Shown here one piece after another: positions 11,013 through 21,353 of a stretch of DNA of 64,000 bases. A model generated the notes under the pieces. The model had not been told where the DNA came from and did not search any database. It saw nothing but the letters and a program-made list of their open reading frames with translations. This DNA comes from Sedimentisphaerales bacterium (lineage in GTDB: Bacteria; Planctomycetota; Phycisphaerae; Sedimentisphaerales; SM23-30): assembly GCA_963663805.2 (NCBI GenBank), contig CAXXMR010000013.1, forward strand, positions 128,001 through 192,000. The letters run 5' to 3'. The first letter of the stretch is position 1, and each line of letters starts with the position of its first letter. The position numbers and the translations under genes were made by a program.

Positions 11013-12058
11013 CACTACTGTCCCGTTAAAAGTCGAATAATAACAACTGTTTATGTAAATCATCCTTTGGGAAGTTGTATAAATGTTCCGAAAACAGGGT
11101 TTTCAGGTCTGTTTTCTCGAAAAGCGTTATGCCCAAAACATGGAGAATTTCGTACATGCCGGCTTTGAGATCAAGTTGTTTTTTCAGGATGGCAATCAGC
11201 ACATATACGCTGATAGCGATCCACACCTGGGTCTTTACGGCATTGGGGGTGATACCGTAAAAGCTCTTGATACGTAAGTGCTGCTTGATCCATTTGAAAA
11301 ACAGTTCGACCTGCCAGCGCAACTGATAAAGCCGAGCGATGGTGGCTGGCGAGAAGGTAAAATTGTTGGTCAGAAAGAAGAAGCGTTTTTGCAGTTCGAC
11401 ATCGACATAATGGATTCGCCGCAGAGGTTCGGGATAAAAAACCGAGCTTTTCGGTCCGGTCAGGCGGATGGTTTGATCGCTGCGCAGGCCATGGTTTTTG
11501 TTCACCGGCCTTGATTCCAGACGGGTGAAAGCCAGATTGTTTTTGGCTCGAATAACAAAAAAGGATTGCTGTTGATGAATATGGTACAGTCGCCGAAAAT
11601 CGATATCGCCTTTGTCCATGATATAGAAGGCACCGGCCTCGAACACGACGTAGTCGAGGAAATGGATATCGTGCACCTGGCCGCCTGTAATGCGTATAAA
11701 CGTGGGAATCTGCCCCCTGAGATCGAGTTGAGTATGTATCTTGACAGCACTTTTGTGAAGACGATGCTGAGCCCAGGGAAACAGAGTCAGGCACAAATCT
11801 ACCACGGTGGAATCCAATGCGTAAACCGCCCGCTTGAGATTGCGAGCCAGAGTTTGATGAGCGTAGAGTGTGCGGGCCTGGTCTATCAGAATCAGGGCAA
11901 TGTCGCGATAGATTTTCCAGTCTCGCAGCTCGTTGGCTTTGGCCAGTGTGTTCCGCGAAACTCTGGCTTTCATTCCGGCGTGATAAAGTTTGGGCCCCAA
12001 AGCCCGCAGGCAGGTTTCGATATCCCTGAGACTTTCCCGGCCGGTCAGCTGGGCGAAG
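11013..12058 (-). mobile_element. IS4-family element lacking its 5' end
   Basis: FAQLTGRESLRDIE, ALDST, KIHTQLDL, IMDKG, LYQLRWQVELFFKWIKQHLRIK; terminus GGACAGTAGTG ending at 11013. Confidence 0.85.
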
Positions 12059-12356
12059 ACCGTGCTGGGTGCTACCGCCAAAACCTTGGCGGTCTGGGCC
12101 GCCGAACGCCGGTCGATGAGGTTGAGGATAATCAAATAGCGCATCTAGAGTTGGGCATCACAAAAGGAATTCATGTGCCGAAAAAGTTTTTGCTTTTGCG
12201 AAAATCGGATTTGTGGCATAATACCGTCCATAGGAACTCCTCTCTCCCGGCTCCGCCGGGCAATAGGATAAAAATCATGGAGTTCCCATTGTATCATTTC
12301 AAAACCTTGACTCCAAAAAACTTAATACGCGCTGCATAATCGCGCACGGTTATTTA
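12058..12356 (-). mobile_element. IS630-like 5' remnant fused in frame to the IS4 fragment
   Basis: MDGIMPQ...CDAQL*MRYLIILNL...TAKVLAVAPSTV is an HTH-type N-terminus with an internal TAG, starting at 12231. Candidate TA-ended terminus near 12356. Confidence 0.5.
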
Positions 12357-12450
12357 GAATACGAATGGTGCACATCTTGCGCCCAATAGGATCCATTCTA
12401 TTATCGCTAAAATGATCTAACCGCCGTTTCATATTTACACCGTACGAGAT

Positions 12451-13314
12451 TTACAGCCCTCTTGATATGAACCTTATCAATCGGTATAATAATGTTGCAA
12501 CTGTCACCTGAGGATGCCGTATACCTGAAATAGGTGCCAGCTCAACAATATCTGCTCCAATAACTTTTTTATGATTACATATCCAACGAATTAGGTCGAT
12601 TAAAGACTCCCAAGATAGCCCTCCAGGTTCTGGAGCACCTGTAGCAGGCATCAGAGATGGATCTAAGACATCCACATCTATTGACAAATACACTGGATTA
12701 GCAATTCGGAGAAGGGATTCCTTAATTTTTTCTGCATTTGAACTTATCCGATCAGCAGTATAAATTGGTATGCCTTTCTGTTTAGCATAGTCCCATTCCT
12801 CTCTGGATATGTTACGACAGCCAATAATGTTAAGAGGATGCCTTTCAGCTAATCTTCTATTTACACATGCATGATTAAATTTGGATCCTTTAAATAAATT
12901 CCAAAGATCGGCATGTGCATCAAAACATATTATCGTGCCTTTCTTCCTCGCAAGAGTTGATAATGCTGATGGAATTGCAATTGTATGCGACCCGCCGATT
13001 GTTATTGGTATTTTACTGTCACCACAAATACTTGAAACAACGCTTCCAATGCGACTGACAATCTTTGAGGTAGTGCGATTCCCAATTACCAAAGGCCGAA
13101 GAGTGTGAATTCCAAATCTGCAGGAATCATTTTTATCTTCCAGATCAAACAGTTCTACTTGTGACAAAGCATTCAATATCGCCATAGGCCCTTTTCCAGC
13201 CCCTTTTCCAAAATTGACTGCACCCTCATAAGGGACAGGTACCACAACGAACTTACTATTATTATAATCTATATGCTTCAGAGATAGTCCAAAATAGTTT
13301 GCGTTTTGATTCAT
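12451..13314 (-). CDS. speB: agmatinase / ureohydrolase
   Basis: VPYEG, GP.AI, GGSH, FDAHADL, HAC, SIDVDVLDPS.MPATG.PEPGG, DIVEL. Confidence 0.85.
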   Translation of the reverse strand: MNQNANYFGLSLKHIDYNNSKFVVVPVPYEGAVNFGKGAGKGPMAILNALSQVELFDLEDKNDSCRFGIHTLRPLVIGNRTTSKIVSRIGSVVSSICGDSKIPITIGGSHTIAIPSALSTLARKKGTIICFDAHADLWNLFKGSKFNHACVNRRLAERHPLNIIGCRNISREEWDYAKQKGIPIYTADRISSNAEKIKESLLRIANPVYLSIDVDVLDPSLMPATGAPEPGGLSWESLIDLIRWICNHKKVIGADIVELAPISGIRHPQVTVATLLYRLIRFISRGL

Positions 13315-13359
13315 AATATCTTAATGTCCCACAATTGGTCTAAATTTCTCGCCTTGAGG

Positions 13360-13880
13360 CTATGCCTTGAGGGTTCTTCGGTTACGAAATATCTTGATAA
13401 ACTGTATCCCTGTAGGTGTATTGAGCAGCTCTTTGTCTACCGTAAGGAAATACCCATACCCTGGAAGGCGATATTCAATTACAGTGTTATCAGTAGGCCG
13501 TAATGATCTTGTGTACGTCAGTCGAAACAAACATTCACGAAGCGAGAAAAGTTCTTTGACGCGATCTGTATTGTCTCTATTGCGATTACATATTGAAAGT
13601 TTAAGCTGCACTCAGAAATTCTTTTCCGGCCAAGTACCGATCGCGATGTGTGACTCAGCCAAAGCAATAAGGACGGTAGTTCCCCCACCTTTAGAATTAG
13701 TACAACAATAGCTTTTGACAGTTAATCCTACAGAAGTCATTATCCCAATCAACTTTCCCTTAAGAAGCGAACCGGAAGTTGGGAGTAGTTTTGAGCAATT
13801 GCACCCCAAGATCACTTGAAAATGGGATTGCATTGACAGGTAGGCAACGATAAAATCTGGTCATTTCTTTAGACATTTGT
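13360..13880 (-). pseudogene. speD: S-adenosylmethionine decarboxylase fused to a spermidine-synthase N-terminus, disrupted
   Basis: GGGTTVLIALAESHIAIGTWPE carries the ESH pyruvoyl motif. An in-frame TGA at 13612-13614 is followed by YGYFLTVDKELLNTPTGIQFIKIF (SpeE N-terminal-like), which ends at 13360. 5' limit approximate. Confidence 0.7.
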
Positions 13881-13899
13881 AATCCCCGGATATAAAACT

Positions 13900-14020
13900 C
13901 CTTAGAGCTGCACGTGTCAACTTGCAACAAATTATCAATAAAATAGGCATCACTCCCATTATATGGAAATGTGATTTCTGGATATTGCTTCTTGATGTCT
14001 CGGAAAATGCTTCTTGTGCA
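13900..14020 (-). pseudogene. C-terminal remnant of a radical SAM gene homologous to 14332..16107
   Basis: FRDIKKQYPEITFPYNGSDAY aligns by eye with LARVRELFPIETFPYSGCDAH. Confidence 0.5.
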
Positions 14021-14331
14021 GTATCGAGTACATCGATATGGACCGACAAGTAAAGCGACCATGGGCATATAGCTAAAGTCCGCATCAGACCACGTAGATC
14101 TAGTCGTTCGTGAACCGGGAGCATGAGAGGGATCCCATGCACGTAAGCCTGCTTTGTTTCATGGCGTGAAAGGCTCGTGACACCACCACTACTCTGCCCC
14201 CCACCAAAATTAACTCTACCCACCCAACGGCACTAGTAGCAACACCATCACCTGAGCCGGCTCATAGGTGGCCTAGTCAAGCTGAAAGCAGTGCTCGTTA
14301 TAATACTAGTGCGCACGATACCACAGTGCCG

Positions 14332-16107
14332 TCAAAAAGTCAATGGCCCGGCCCACCATAGCCCCTCCATTCGGCGGCCGACTGCAGCAAAATCAGCAGC
14401 AAAAGTGGCTAGACCGGCAGCGTCTAGTCCGGCGGCTAGCAATAGAGAATGGGCATCGCAACCGCTGTAGGGAAACGTCTCGATTGGAAACAATTCGCGC
14501 ACCCTCGCTAAATGCAATGCTACCGCCATGGCGTGACGCGCCAAACCGTCCTCGCGGGCTGGGCTAAAATCAGCCGTCGAGTAGCAGAGGCCACACAAAT
14601 TGTGATCGGGATAAACGATCCCCCACAATTCAGGATTGCGTCCGATAGGTGAGTATCGGGACACAAGAAACTCTGATACCGCAGCGAAAGCAACTTCGGC
14701 ACGTCGGGCCGAAAGAAAATCTACGGTTTGTACCATCTCGTCCGGGGTTTCACCGGGGAATCCCATCATCACTTGGCAGGTCACCTTAATTCCCGTCGAA
14801 GCAAATCGAGACAGCGCGCCGTCGATTTCTGCAAGCAACTGTCCCTTGCGAGCTGACTTAAAGATCCGATCGCTTGTGGTCTCCAAACCGGGTGCCACCA
14901 GGACACAGCCGCTGTGGCGCATCTCCGCTATCAGAGTATCGCTAAATTTAGGAGAGAGGCGAAGATCAGTGGACCAAGCTACACCGCTCTCAAGCGTGGC
15001 AATAGAACGGCTAATGGCAGCGGCATCACACGCATGCATACTGTCATTGAGGAAGCTGAAATGGCGCACACCGTGGCGGCGGCGCAGTTCGGTAATATCG
15101 GCCACGAGCAGTTCGGCTGGTCGAACCTGATAACTGTTATAACCAGCGGCAAGGTCACAATAGGCACAATGTCCCCACTCGCAGCCTTTAGTCGCTTCCA
15201 GCGGCAGGACCAACTTCGGTGATAAATAATCTCCTAACGGCAGATCGGCAAAGTCGGGTGTTGGCAGATCGGCTAAGTCGATGAAATTAGGTTGGCCGGT
15301 ATCTCCATCCGGTGTCCAGAGTCCGACGATACCGGTTAGAGGGGATTCCGCCTCAAGGGCATCCAGTGCCGCAGCCAGAGCGTATTCACCTTTCTGTATT
15401 ACCACGCCGTCGATCCAAGCAGTTACGTTAGGGTTGGCTAGCAGAGAGGCTGCGACATAGCTGGTGACAGCGCCGCCAAGCAACACCGGTGTGGCGGGAT
15501 GACGAGCTTTGAGAAATCGTGCCAGAGTTAGCGCCGCCAGCCACTGCGTTTCGAAGGTGACCGAGATACCGAATAACCCACAGCGGTTCAGGTTTGGAAG
15601 TATCCCCAACACTTCCTCTATGCAGGCGGCAAACGGGTTCTCGGACCCGCGCGCCGCCACCCGGCACAGCCGATCCAGGTCGGCGTAATCGTCGTCCCAG
15701 GCCAAGCTGGTGAGGTCGCAGCGCGCGGGCCAAAAGGGGCGAGAGTGAACCAGGCTTAGCAGACTCAACGCCTCCCGGGCGCCACGGTAACGTGCACCGT
15801 TGAAGAAGCCTTGGCCATGACGGAATACCGTCCGTACATCGTCCACAAGAGCATCCAGCAGTTCCGGCCGCCGTTCCATCCGTGTTAGCGCCGCCGCGTC
15901 CGCATCATCGGCGACGCCCGGATGAGGCGCCTCCAGTGCCGCCCGGCCGATCGCCGGATCAAGCAGACGGCGGAACCAAACCATATTCGCATCCACCAGC
16001 ATGGCGTTGTGACGGCCGCCTCGACGGAGATAGGCGGCTAGGGCACTAACCCCCAGAGGAGGCTGAGTAGGGTCACAGAGAGGCGGAACGAATAGTGCAG
16101 TCAGCAT
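14332..16107 (-). CDS. B12-binding-type radical SAM protein
   Basis: PPLGVSALAAYLR, GISV, LGG, TKGCEWGHCAYC, GLET, MMGFPGET. GGAGG RBS before the ATG at 16107. Confidence 0.85.
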   Translation of the reverse strand: MLTALFVPPLCDPTQPPLGVSALAAYLRRGGRHNAMLVDANMVWFRRLLDPAIGRAALEAPHPGVADDADAAALTRMERRPELLDALVDDVRTVFRHGQGFFNGARYRGAREALSLLSLVHSRPFWPARCDLTSLAWDDDYADLDRLCRVAARGSENPFAACIEEVLGILPNLNRCGLFGISVTFETQWLAALTLARFLKARHPATPVLLGGAVTSYVAASLLANPNVTAWIDGVVIQKGEYALAAALDALEAESPLTGIVGLWTPDGDTGQPNFIDLADLPTPDFADLPLGDYLSPKLVLPLEATKGCEWGHCAYCDLAAGYNSYQVRPAELLVADITELRRRHGVRHFSFLNDSMHACDAAAISRSIATLESGVAWSTDLRLSPKFSDTLIAEMRHSGCVLVAPGLETTSDRIFKSARKGQLLAEIDGALSRFASTGIKVTCQVMMGFPGETPDEMVQTVDFLSARRAEVAFAAVSEFLVSRYSPIGRNPELWGIVYPDHNLCGLCYSTADFSPAREDGLARHAMAVALHLARVRELFPIETFPYSGCDAHSLLLAAGLDAAGLATFAADFAAVGRRMEGLWWAGPLTF

Positions 16108-17603
16108 CGGTCGACCTCCCTCGGCAGACAGAAGACGTCGTGGACGGCAGCGGCAGTCGCAGTGACTAGACTGGCACCAGGTAGTAGCGGCGACCGGCCC
16201 GCGAAGTACGCGGCGATGGCGGCGTCGATCCGACCACGCCAACGGTCGTAGACGGCGTAAAGACGCAAAACTGGCGCCATATCCTCGCCGAACACCGTGG
16301 TAACCAATTTCGGTCGTTCCCTGAGGTTGAGCAAGCCAGCTAGGGCGGGAGCATAGTGAAACTTGCTATGTTCCAGCGACGAGGAGGGTAGGTCCCTCTC
16401 TGCGAGGAACCGCCCAATCTGGCGTCGGGTTGCTTCGGCGATTGGTAGTACGTCGCCATGAGCGTAGCTGCCCCAGCCGAAAACTGCTGCCCCGCAGGAA
16501 TCCCCTACCTTCATATGTCCGTGATCTAGGGTTATGAACAAATCCTCGGGTTGAGCGGTGGCAATGATACCCCAGAACTTGTCATAGCAGCTGAAACACA
16601 ACCCATCCTCGCCGCGGAAGTCGTTGATGCAGCAGTGGGTCTCAAACAGCAGGCGGCGGTCAGTAGCACACAGCGAGCGGATAACCGCTCCCTTTCGCAT
16701 GTGCAGCAGCGGCACCGCGCACGTGGGGGCGTCGGATCCCGCCACGCTCGTCATCATCGCATTGAAGCTACGGACGAACGCTACCGACTGACAGCATTCA
16801 CTGTAAAAGGTGTGTCTGCCCACTTCCTCGGTACAATAGAGGTCCTCGGCGGTCAGACCTAGGATCAGGTGCCTTGCCCCTATCGTTAGCGCCTCAATCC
16901 ACAGCAACAGGCATAGCAGCAGGTTACGGCCGAACAACTCCCAGCCGTCGATATCGATATCATCACGGTAAGCGAGATGGGGCACCAGGCTGAGAATCGG
17001 GGATAGGTCGCAGTTGCGCCACTCCGGTGGCTGGACAAGGTGTCCCAATCGCGAGGTTAGCCGGATCACCGCGAGGCGTTCATTGGCGAACAGATTGCGT
17101 GCAACCGTCTCGCGGTAATAAGCGTAATGTACTGGCTGCAGCTGCAGCCCACTGGCCAACGCCGCTGCCACGCAAGCCGTTGAGTCAATGCCACCGGACC
17201 AAGCGATTACTGCTCGCCGGGGGTCGCCGCCGACTACCTCCAGAAGAGCGTCACAGCGCGAGCCGCCGACTGCCACCGTCCCGGTCGCCGACAATCCAGC
17301 CACTAGCGAGCGCGAACGAACGAACAGGTCGGCCATCTCCTCCAACTCAGTGGCGGCTTCACGCAACAGCGGATGGGCCGGTACAATCACGGTGGCGCTA
17401 CCCTTACGCAGTCCTAACCGGGTAGCAGCGATGATGCCGACTGCCGTCTCGACCATCGCTATCAGTTGCTCGATCTGGCCTTCTAACACGGGAGGGCAGT
17501 CCAGCCATATTTCGCCAGTGTTACTGCTCAAGCCGCGTCCCAGACGCAGCGGCAGAATGTACTTGTGATCATGATGAATGGTAACCGAGCCGTAGATTTC
17601 CAT
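16101..17603 (-). CDS. QueC-like PP-loop ATPase with N- and C-terminal extensions
   Basis: AWSGGIDS PP-loop, GRNLL, PLLHMRK, THCC....GLCFSC zinc-site-like motif. 500 aa, about twice a canonical QueC. Confidence 0.75.
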   Translation of the reverse strand: MEIYGSVTIHHDHKYILPLRLGRGLSSNTGEIWLDCPPVLEGQIEQLIAMVETAVGIIAATRLGLRKGSATVIVPAHPLLREAATELEEMADLFVRSRSLVAGLSATGTVAVGGSRCDALLEVVGGDPRRAVIAWSGGIDSTACVAAALASGLQLQPVHYAYYRETVARNLFANERLAVIRLTSRLGHLVQPPEWRNCDLSPILSLVPHLAYRDDIDIDGWELFGRNLLLCLLLWIEALTIGARHLILGLTAEDLYCTEEVGRHTFYSECCQSVAFVRSFNAMMTSVAGSDAPTCAVPLLHMRKGAVIRSLCATDRRLLFETHCCINDFRGEDGLCFSCYDKFWGIIATAQPEDLFITLDHGHMKVGDSCGAAVFGWGSYAHGDVLPIAEATRRQIGRFLAERDLPSSSLEHSKFHYAPALAGLLNLRERPKLVTTVFGEDMAPVLRLYAVYDRWRGRIDAAIAAYFAGRSPLLPGASLVTATAAAVHDVFCLPREVDRC

Positions 17604-17615
17604 GGCGCATCCTCC

Positions 17616-19040
17616 TTAATACCTGGCCAGCAGTGGCGCGAATCGAGCTAGGCCATCCTCCCAAAGTGCATACAATCGCTCCGCCGATTCATATTGTGTC
17701 GATAGCACAGACGTACTATCCTCGCGCCAGTGCGACCACGGCAGATCAGAGATGGAGATGCCATATCGTTCGGGATGACAGTACAAGTCGGTGCCGGGGT
17801 AGGGTACGCAAATAAACCACTCGATAAGATCACAGTAACTTCCTGCTAGCAGATCCTCGACATAAGCAATGGTGGTTTGCCCGGTGGCCTCGGTCTCGCC
17901 AGGCAAACCTACCAGCCAGTATGTGAAAGAGGACATACCGGCATCCTTGACCATCCTACAGGCAGTCCTTATCTGGTCGATCCGGATATTCTTGTGTATC
18001 AAATCAAGAATGTGCTGATTGGCGCTTTCGGCACCGAATTTGACCATCCTGCAATTACCCACACGCATCGCTTCCAACAGCTGGGGATCGACATGGTCCA
18101 CCCTAGTCTGGCAAAACCACTGCAGACCGGCCGCCTTCATTCCGGCGGCGAAGTGGCGTACAAAGTCCGGATCATAAGTGAAGGTCTCGTCACCAACGTA
18201 GAAGGTGTCGACGCCGAATCGATTGGCGATGAGTTCTGCATCGGCAAGAATGTCATGTACTTCTTTGTAGCGAGGTTTGGTGCGGTTCCAAATCACATCG
18301 GCACAGAAAGCGCAATTCCAGGGGCAGCCCTCAGAGCAGTACAAGCGTGCCCATGGCACGCGGCCGGCGTATTTGGCAGGGATAGCCGTGTAATCGTAGC
18401 GAACGGGTGGTTGCTGAGCGGTAGCAATGTTGTTACGTACGATCCGCCCATTGTCGCGCCACGTCAGACCTGTGAAACGGTCGAGGCGACTTCCGTCTTG
18501 CAGTGCAAGGCACAGATCGGCCAGACCGATATCGGCTCGGCCACGAAAAACAGCGTCGACGTCAGTCGAAACCATAAGGTCAAGATCTTGGTAAGTGGCG
18601 AAGGGCCCACCAAACAGGACCCGAGAGGCAATGCCGTGATGTTTCTTAACTAAGCGAGCCACAGCCAATGCCACATCGACGTTCAAGACCAGTGGCGACA
18701 TCAGATAGAGACCGGTGGGTGCCGTTTTGAGCCGCTCGTCTATCTTCGCCAGATCGACCCTGGCTGCTGAAAGGTCGAACAGGTCTATAACCTGAATACG
18801 TTCGCATGCCGGGCCTAACAATGGCGCAAGTGCCGCAATCCAAAGCGGCAATTCGCAGATGTCGTAAGCTGGTTGGCTGTCTCTGTTGCCCCAGTCGGCC
18901 GAGGAGAAGCGGACAGCGGTAAGGTCTCGATCAAGAATAACAGACAAACGATGCCAATAGCCGTCATAAAAAGCGCTTTCTGCGGCACCCAAAAGTGGCT
19001 TGGTGACGAGGGGCAGATGAACGAAAACCGCTGTTACCAT
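17616..19040 (-). CDS. B12-binding-type radical SAM protein
   Basis: FGGPFAT, EGCPWNCAFC, DETFT, FGAES, VGLPGET, PYPGTDL. Confidence 0.88.
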   Translation of the reverse strand: MVTAVFVHLPLVTKPLLGAAESAFYDGYWHRLSVILDRDLTAVRFSSADWGNRDSQPAYDICELPLWIAALAPLLGPACERIQVIDLFDLSAARVDLAKIDERLKTAPTGLYLMSPLVLNVDVALAVARLVKKHHGIASRVLFGGPFATYQDLDLMVSTDVDAVFRGRADIGLADLCLALQDGSRLDRFTGLTWRDNGRIVRNNIATAQQPPVRYDYTAIPAKYAGRVPWARLYCSEGCPWNCAFCADVIWNRTKPRYKEVHDILADAELIANRFGVDTFYVGDETFTYDPDFVRHFAAGMKAAGLQWFCQTRVDHVDPQLLEAMRVGNCRMVKFGAESANQHILDLIHKNIRIDQIRTACRMVKDAGMSSFTYWLVGLPGETEATGQTTIAYVEDLLAGSYCDLIEWFICVPYPGTDLYCHPERYGISISDLPWSHWREDSTSVLSTQYESAERLYALWEDGLARFAPLLARY

Positions 19041-19060
19041 ACTAGGACCTCGGACGAGTA

Positions 19061-20392
19061 CTAGAGAAGAGATATGTCTATGGGCACTTGAGGAGTTAGC
19101 TGAAGCGGCAAGCCAGCCGAGCGGAAATCACGGTAAACTTCGGCAATCCGGTCTGTCGAATACCATGGCGCGTCTATAAGGGGGCGCGTGTCGGCAACTG
19201 CATGGTCGGCGTCCCACCGGGTCCAGTCATTGTCGACGACCCGCATCAGTGGAGAGCGCCAGAATTCTGTTCCCGGAAGTGGAGTATAGACACTAACACA
19301 CAAGAGATCAGCATGGCCGCCATTAACCAGCCATTCCGCTAATCGCAATGTCTCGCGGTCCTCAGCTTCCGATGAGCCTGGCAGACCAAGAATCAAGTTA
19401 AAAGCGACAGCCACATTGTGGCAATGACAGAGGTCGGCTTCGCGACACAGCAGACCGAGATCAGCAGACTTGCCGATGGCGCGCTGCACCGCCGGTGACA
19501 GCGTCTCAACCCCAAAATAGAGAAGGTAGCCGCCAGCGGTAGCAAAGCGGGCAAGATCATCGCTCCGAAGGGAGCCCGTCCGCGCCATAGCGTCGAAACG
19601 GGCACCAAGTCGAGAGAGTTGTGCCATGGTAGCGGCAAATTCTCGGTGCGGCAAATTGAAGTTATTGCTATCAAAGGTGAACTTGCCGAGGCCAAGCAGT
19701 AACAATTCGTCAACCGCGCGCCCCACAGCAGATGGAGAGACTGCGCGGAAGACGCCCATAGCCGGGCTGATGCAGAATGGGCAGGAAAAAGGGCAGGAAC
19801 GTGAGGTAACTATATGTAGCGAAGGACGGACGCGACGGTACCAGGCTGCAAATTCCTGTGGTTGGCCAGGCACCGATCCGCGACCAGTAAGCCCCTCGAC
19901 CGCCAGCAGTTCGAGCGCATTGGCCGGAGTGTCGCGCCTCAGCGGTTGAGAGGCAGGCGTCTCACCCGTCACGATGCTCAGAAGGTGCGCCTCACCATCT
20001 CCTGGCACCACCAGGTCGAAGTCGTTCAGCACCGAGCGGTGCAGGTTCTCCATCATCAGCCCGGTGCTGACCCCGCCTCCTGCCACTAAAGTCAAGGCAG
20101 GAAATCGGCTTCGCAGTTCCTGTGCAAGTCTCACTGCAGGGGCAACCGATGGCAAGTAGGACAGTGATATCCCAACCACTGCGACATCGTGCTCCAGCAC
20201 CAAAGTGGTGACATCAGCTAAAAAATGGTCAGCGTCATCAGCCCCGGCGTCACCGTCGGTTAGGTAGCCTATTGCTGGCACGCCGTACCGGCGCAGGAAA
20301 GCCACTAGGGCAGCAACTGCGGGATCGACAACAGAAAAAGGAATTGCTCCACGAGCGAGTAATCTTGGAGGCGATACAATGACAATGCTCAT
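19061..20392 (-). CDS. B12-binding-type radical SAM protein
   Basis: VVGIS, AGG, GDGE, SRSCPFSCPFC, FGVET, ILGLPG, PLPGTEF. Confidence 0.88.
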   Translation of the reverse strand: MSIVIVSPPRLLARGAIPFSVVDPAVAALVAFLRRYGVPAIGYLTDGDAGADDADHFLADVTTLVLEHDVAVVGISLSYLPSVAPAVRLAQELRSRFPALTLVAGGGVSTGLMMENLHRSVLNDFDLVVPGDGEAHLLSIVTGETPASQPLRRDTPANALELLAVEGLTGRGSVPGQPQEFAAWYRRVRPSLHIVTSRSCPFSCPFCISPAMGVFRAVSPSAVGRAVDELLLLGLGKFTFDSNNFNLPHREFAATMAQLSRLGARFDAMARTGSLRSDDLARFATAGGYLLYFGVETLSPAVQRAIGKSADLGLLCREADLCHCHNVAVAFNLILGLPGSSEAEDRETLRLAEWLVNGGHADLLCVSVYTPLPGTEFWRSPLMRVVDNDWTRWDADHAVADTRPLIDAPWYSTDRIAEVYRDFRSAGLPLQLTPQVPIDISLL

Positions 20393-20526
20393 TGCTTATG
20401 TGAATGAAGGTCTCTTACTTCCAGTTTTACGAGATGTAACCGATGCAAGTCCTAGTTGTGCCTCTAAAAATGTAGAAAACAGTCAAAACTATAGCACAAA
20501 CGGAATGCCCTTCTTGCATTAACCGT

Positions 20527-21351
20527 TTACCTCACCACAAGCGACACGTCACATCTACCTAGTGCATCACGGCGTAGGACAACACCGGCGCGATCAAGAA
20601 GGCAAAAGCTGTCCTCGTAGGACTGAATGGGGTAATCTGAGCCAAAGATTACACGCCCAGGCGCTTCCTTGACAAACCTCCGAACGACATCCGCTGCTTT
20701 CGCGAGATCCTGCGCTTTGTTCTGGCCTGCGGACTCAACAACACCTGACATGTCTGCATACAGCTGATTATACTCCTGCATCATCTGAAGCAAGTCCCAA
20801 CAACCATCGGGGAGCGCCAGATGACAAGCAACAACACAAACTTTAGGGTACTGCTTCAGGTTCGCAACGAGCCGCCGCGGAGAAACAAGTGGCTCCCAGT
20901 CATAATCAATCAGGTGACCCTCACTGTTGATTTCTCCACAGTGTACGAAAAGGGGTACTTGAAGGGAACTGGCAATTTGGAATACTCGACCAACCTCCTC
21001 ACTCCCAACATCAATGTTTTGATAGCCCGGGTAAAGCTTGATTCCAAAGGCTATGCGGTCAAGCAGGAGGCGCTTAATCTCTCCCATCTGCAGTCTCACA
21101 TCCGCGCCAACTTCGGCATTAAGGCTAGCAAGACATCGGAATTCTTCTTTCCTTTTTACAAGCTCAACCAAATCCGCATTTGCAACACCACTGCCACGCT
21201 TATGCGGAAAATAGGTGGGTAGTAAATAGCTTAAGCTGACACCATATGCTCTCATATGGGTGCGCAGTAGATGGAGCCCATGCTCATTACAGTCTCGCGT
21301 GCTAAGGTGGCAATGAATGTCAATCGCATCCACAGAGTTACACCCACCCAA
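20527..21351 (-). CDS. amidohydrolase family protein (Amidohydro_2-like)
   Basis: IDIHCH, GIKLYP, VHCG, ACHLA, YADMS, IFGSDYP. Confidence 0.85.
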   Translation of the reverse strand: MGGCNSVDAIDIHCHLSTRDCNEHGLHLLRTHMRAYGVSLSYLLPTYFPHKRGSGVANADLVELVKRKEEFRCLASLNAEVGADVRLQMGEIKRLLLDRIAFGIKLYPGYQNIDVGSEEVGRVFQIASSLQVPLFVHCGEINSEGHLIDYDWEPLVSPRRLVANLKQYPKVCVVACHLALPDGCWDLLQMMQEYNQLYADMSGVVESAGQNKAQDLAKAADVVRRFVKEAPGRVIFGSDYPIQSYEDSFCLLDRAGVVLRRDALGRCDVSLVVR

Positions 21352-21353
21352 TT

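Noticed and set aside
13612..13614. In-frame TGA as selenocysteine or recoding (also 57679)
   Set aside because: The surrounding genes are otherwise broken and TGA is used as a normal stop across the window, so nonsense mutation is simpler.
16101..21351. Qat or Dpd defence system (QueC + TatD)
   Set aside because: The hydrolase looks Amidohydro_2-like rather than TatD, and no QatA ATPase, QatB or DpdA is visible.
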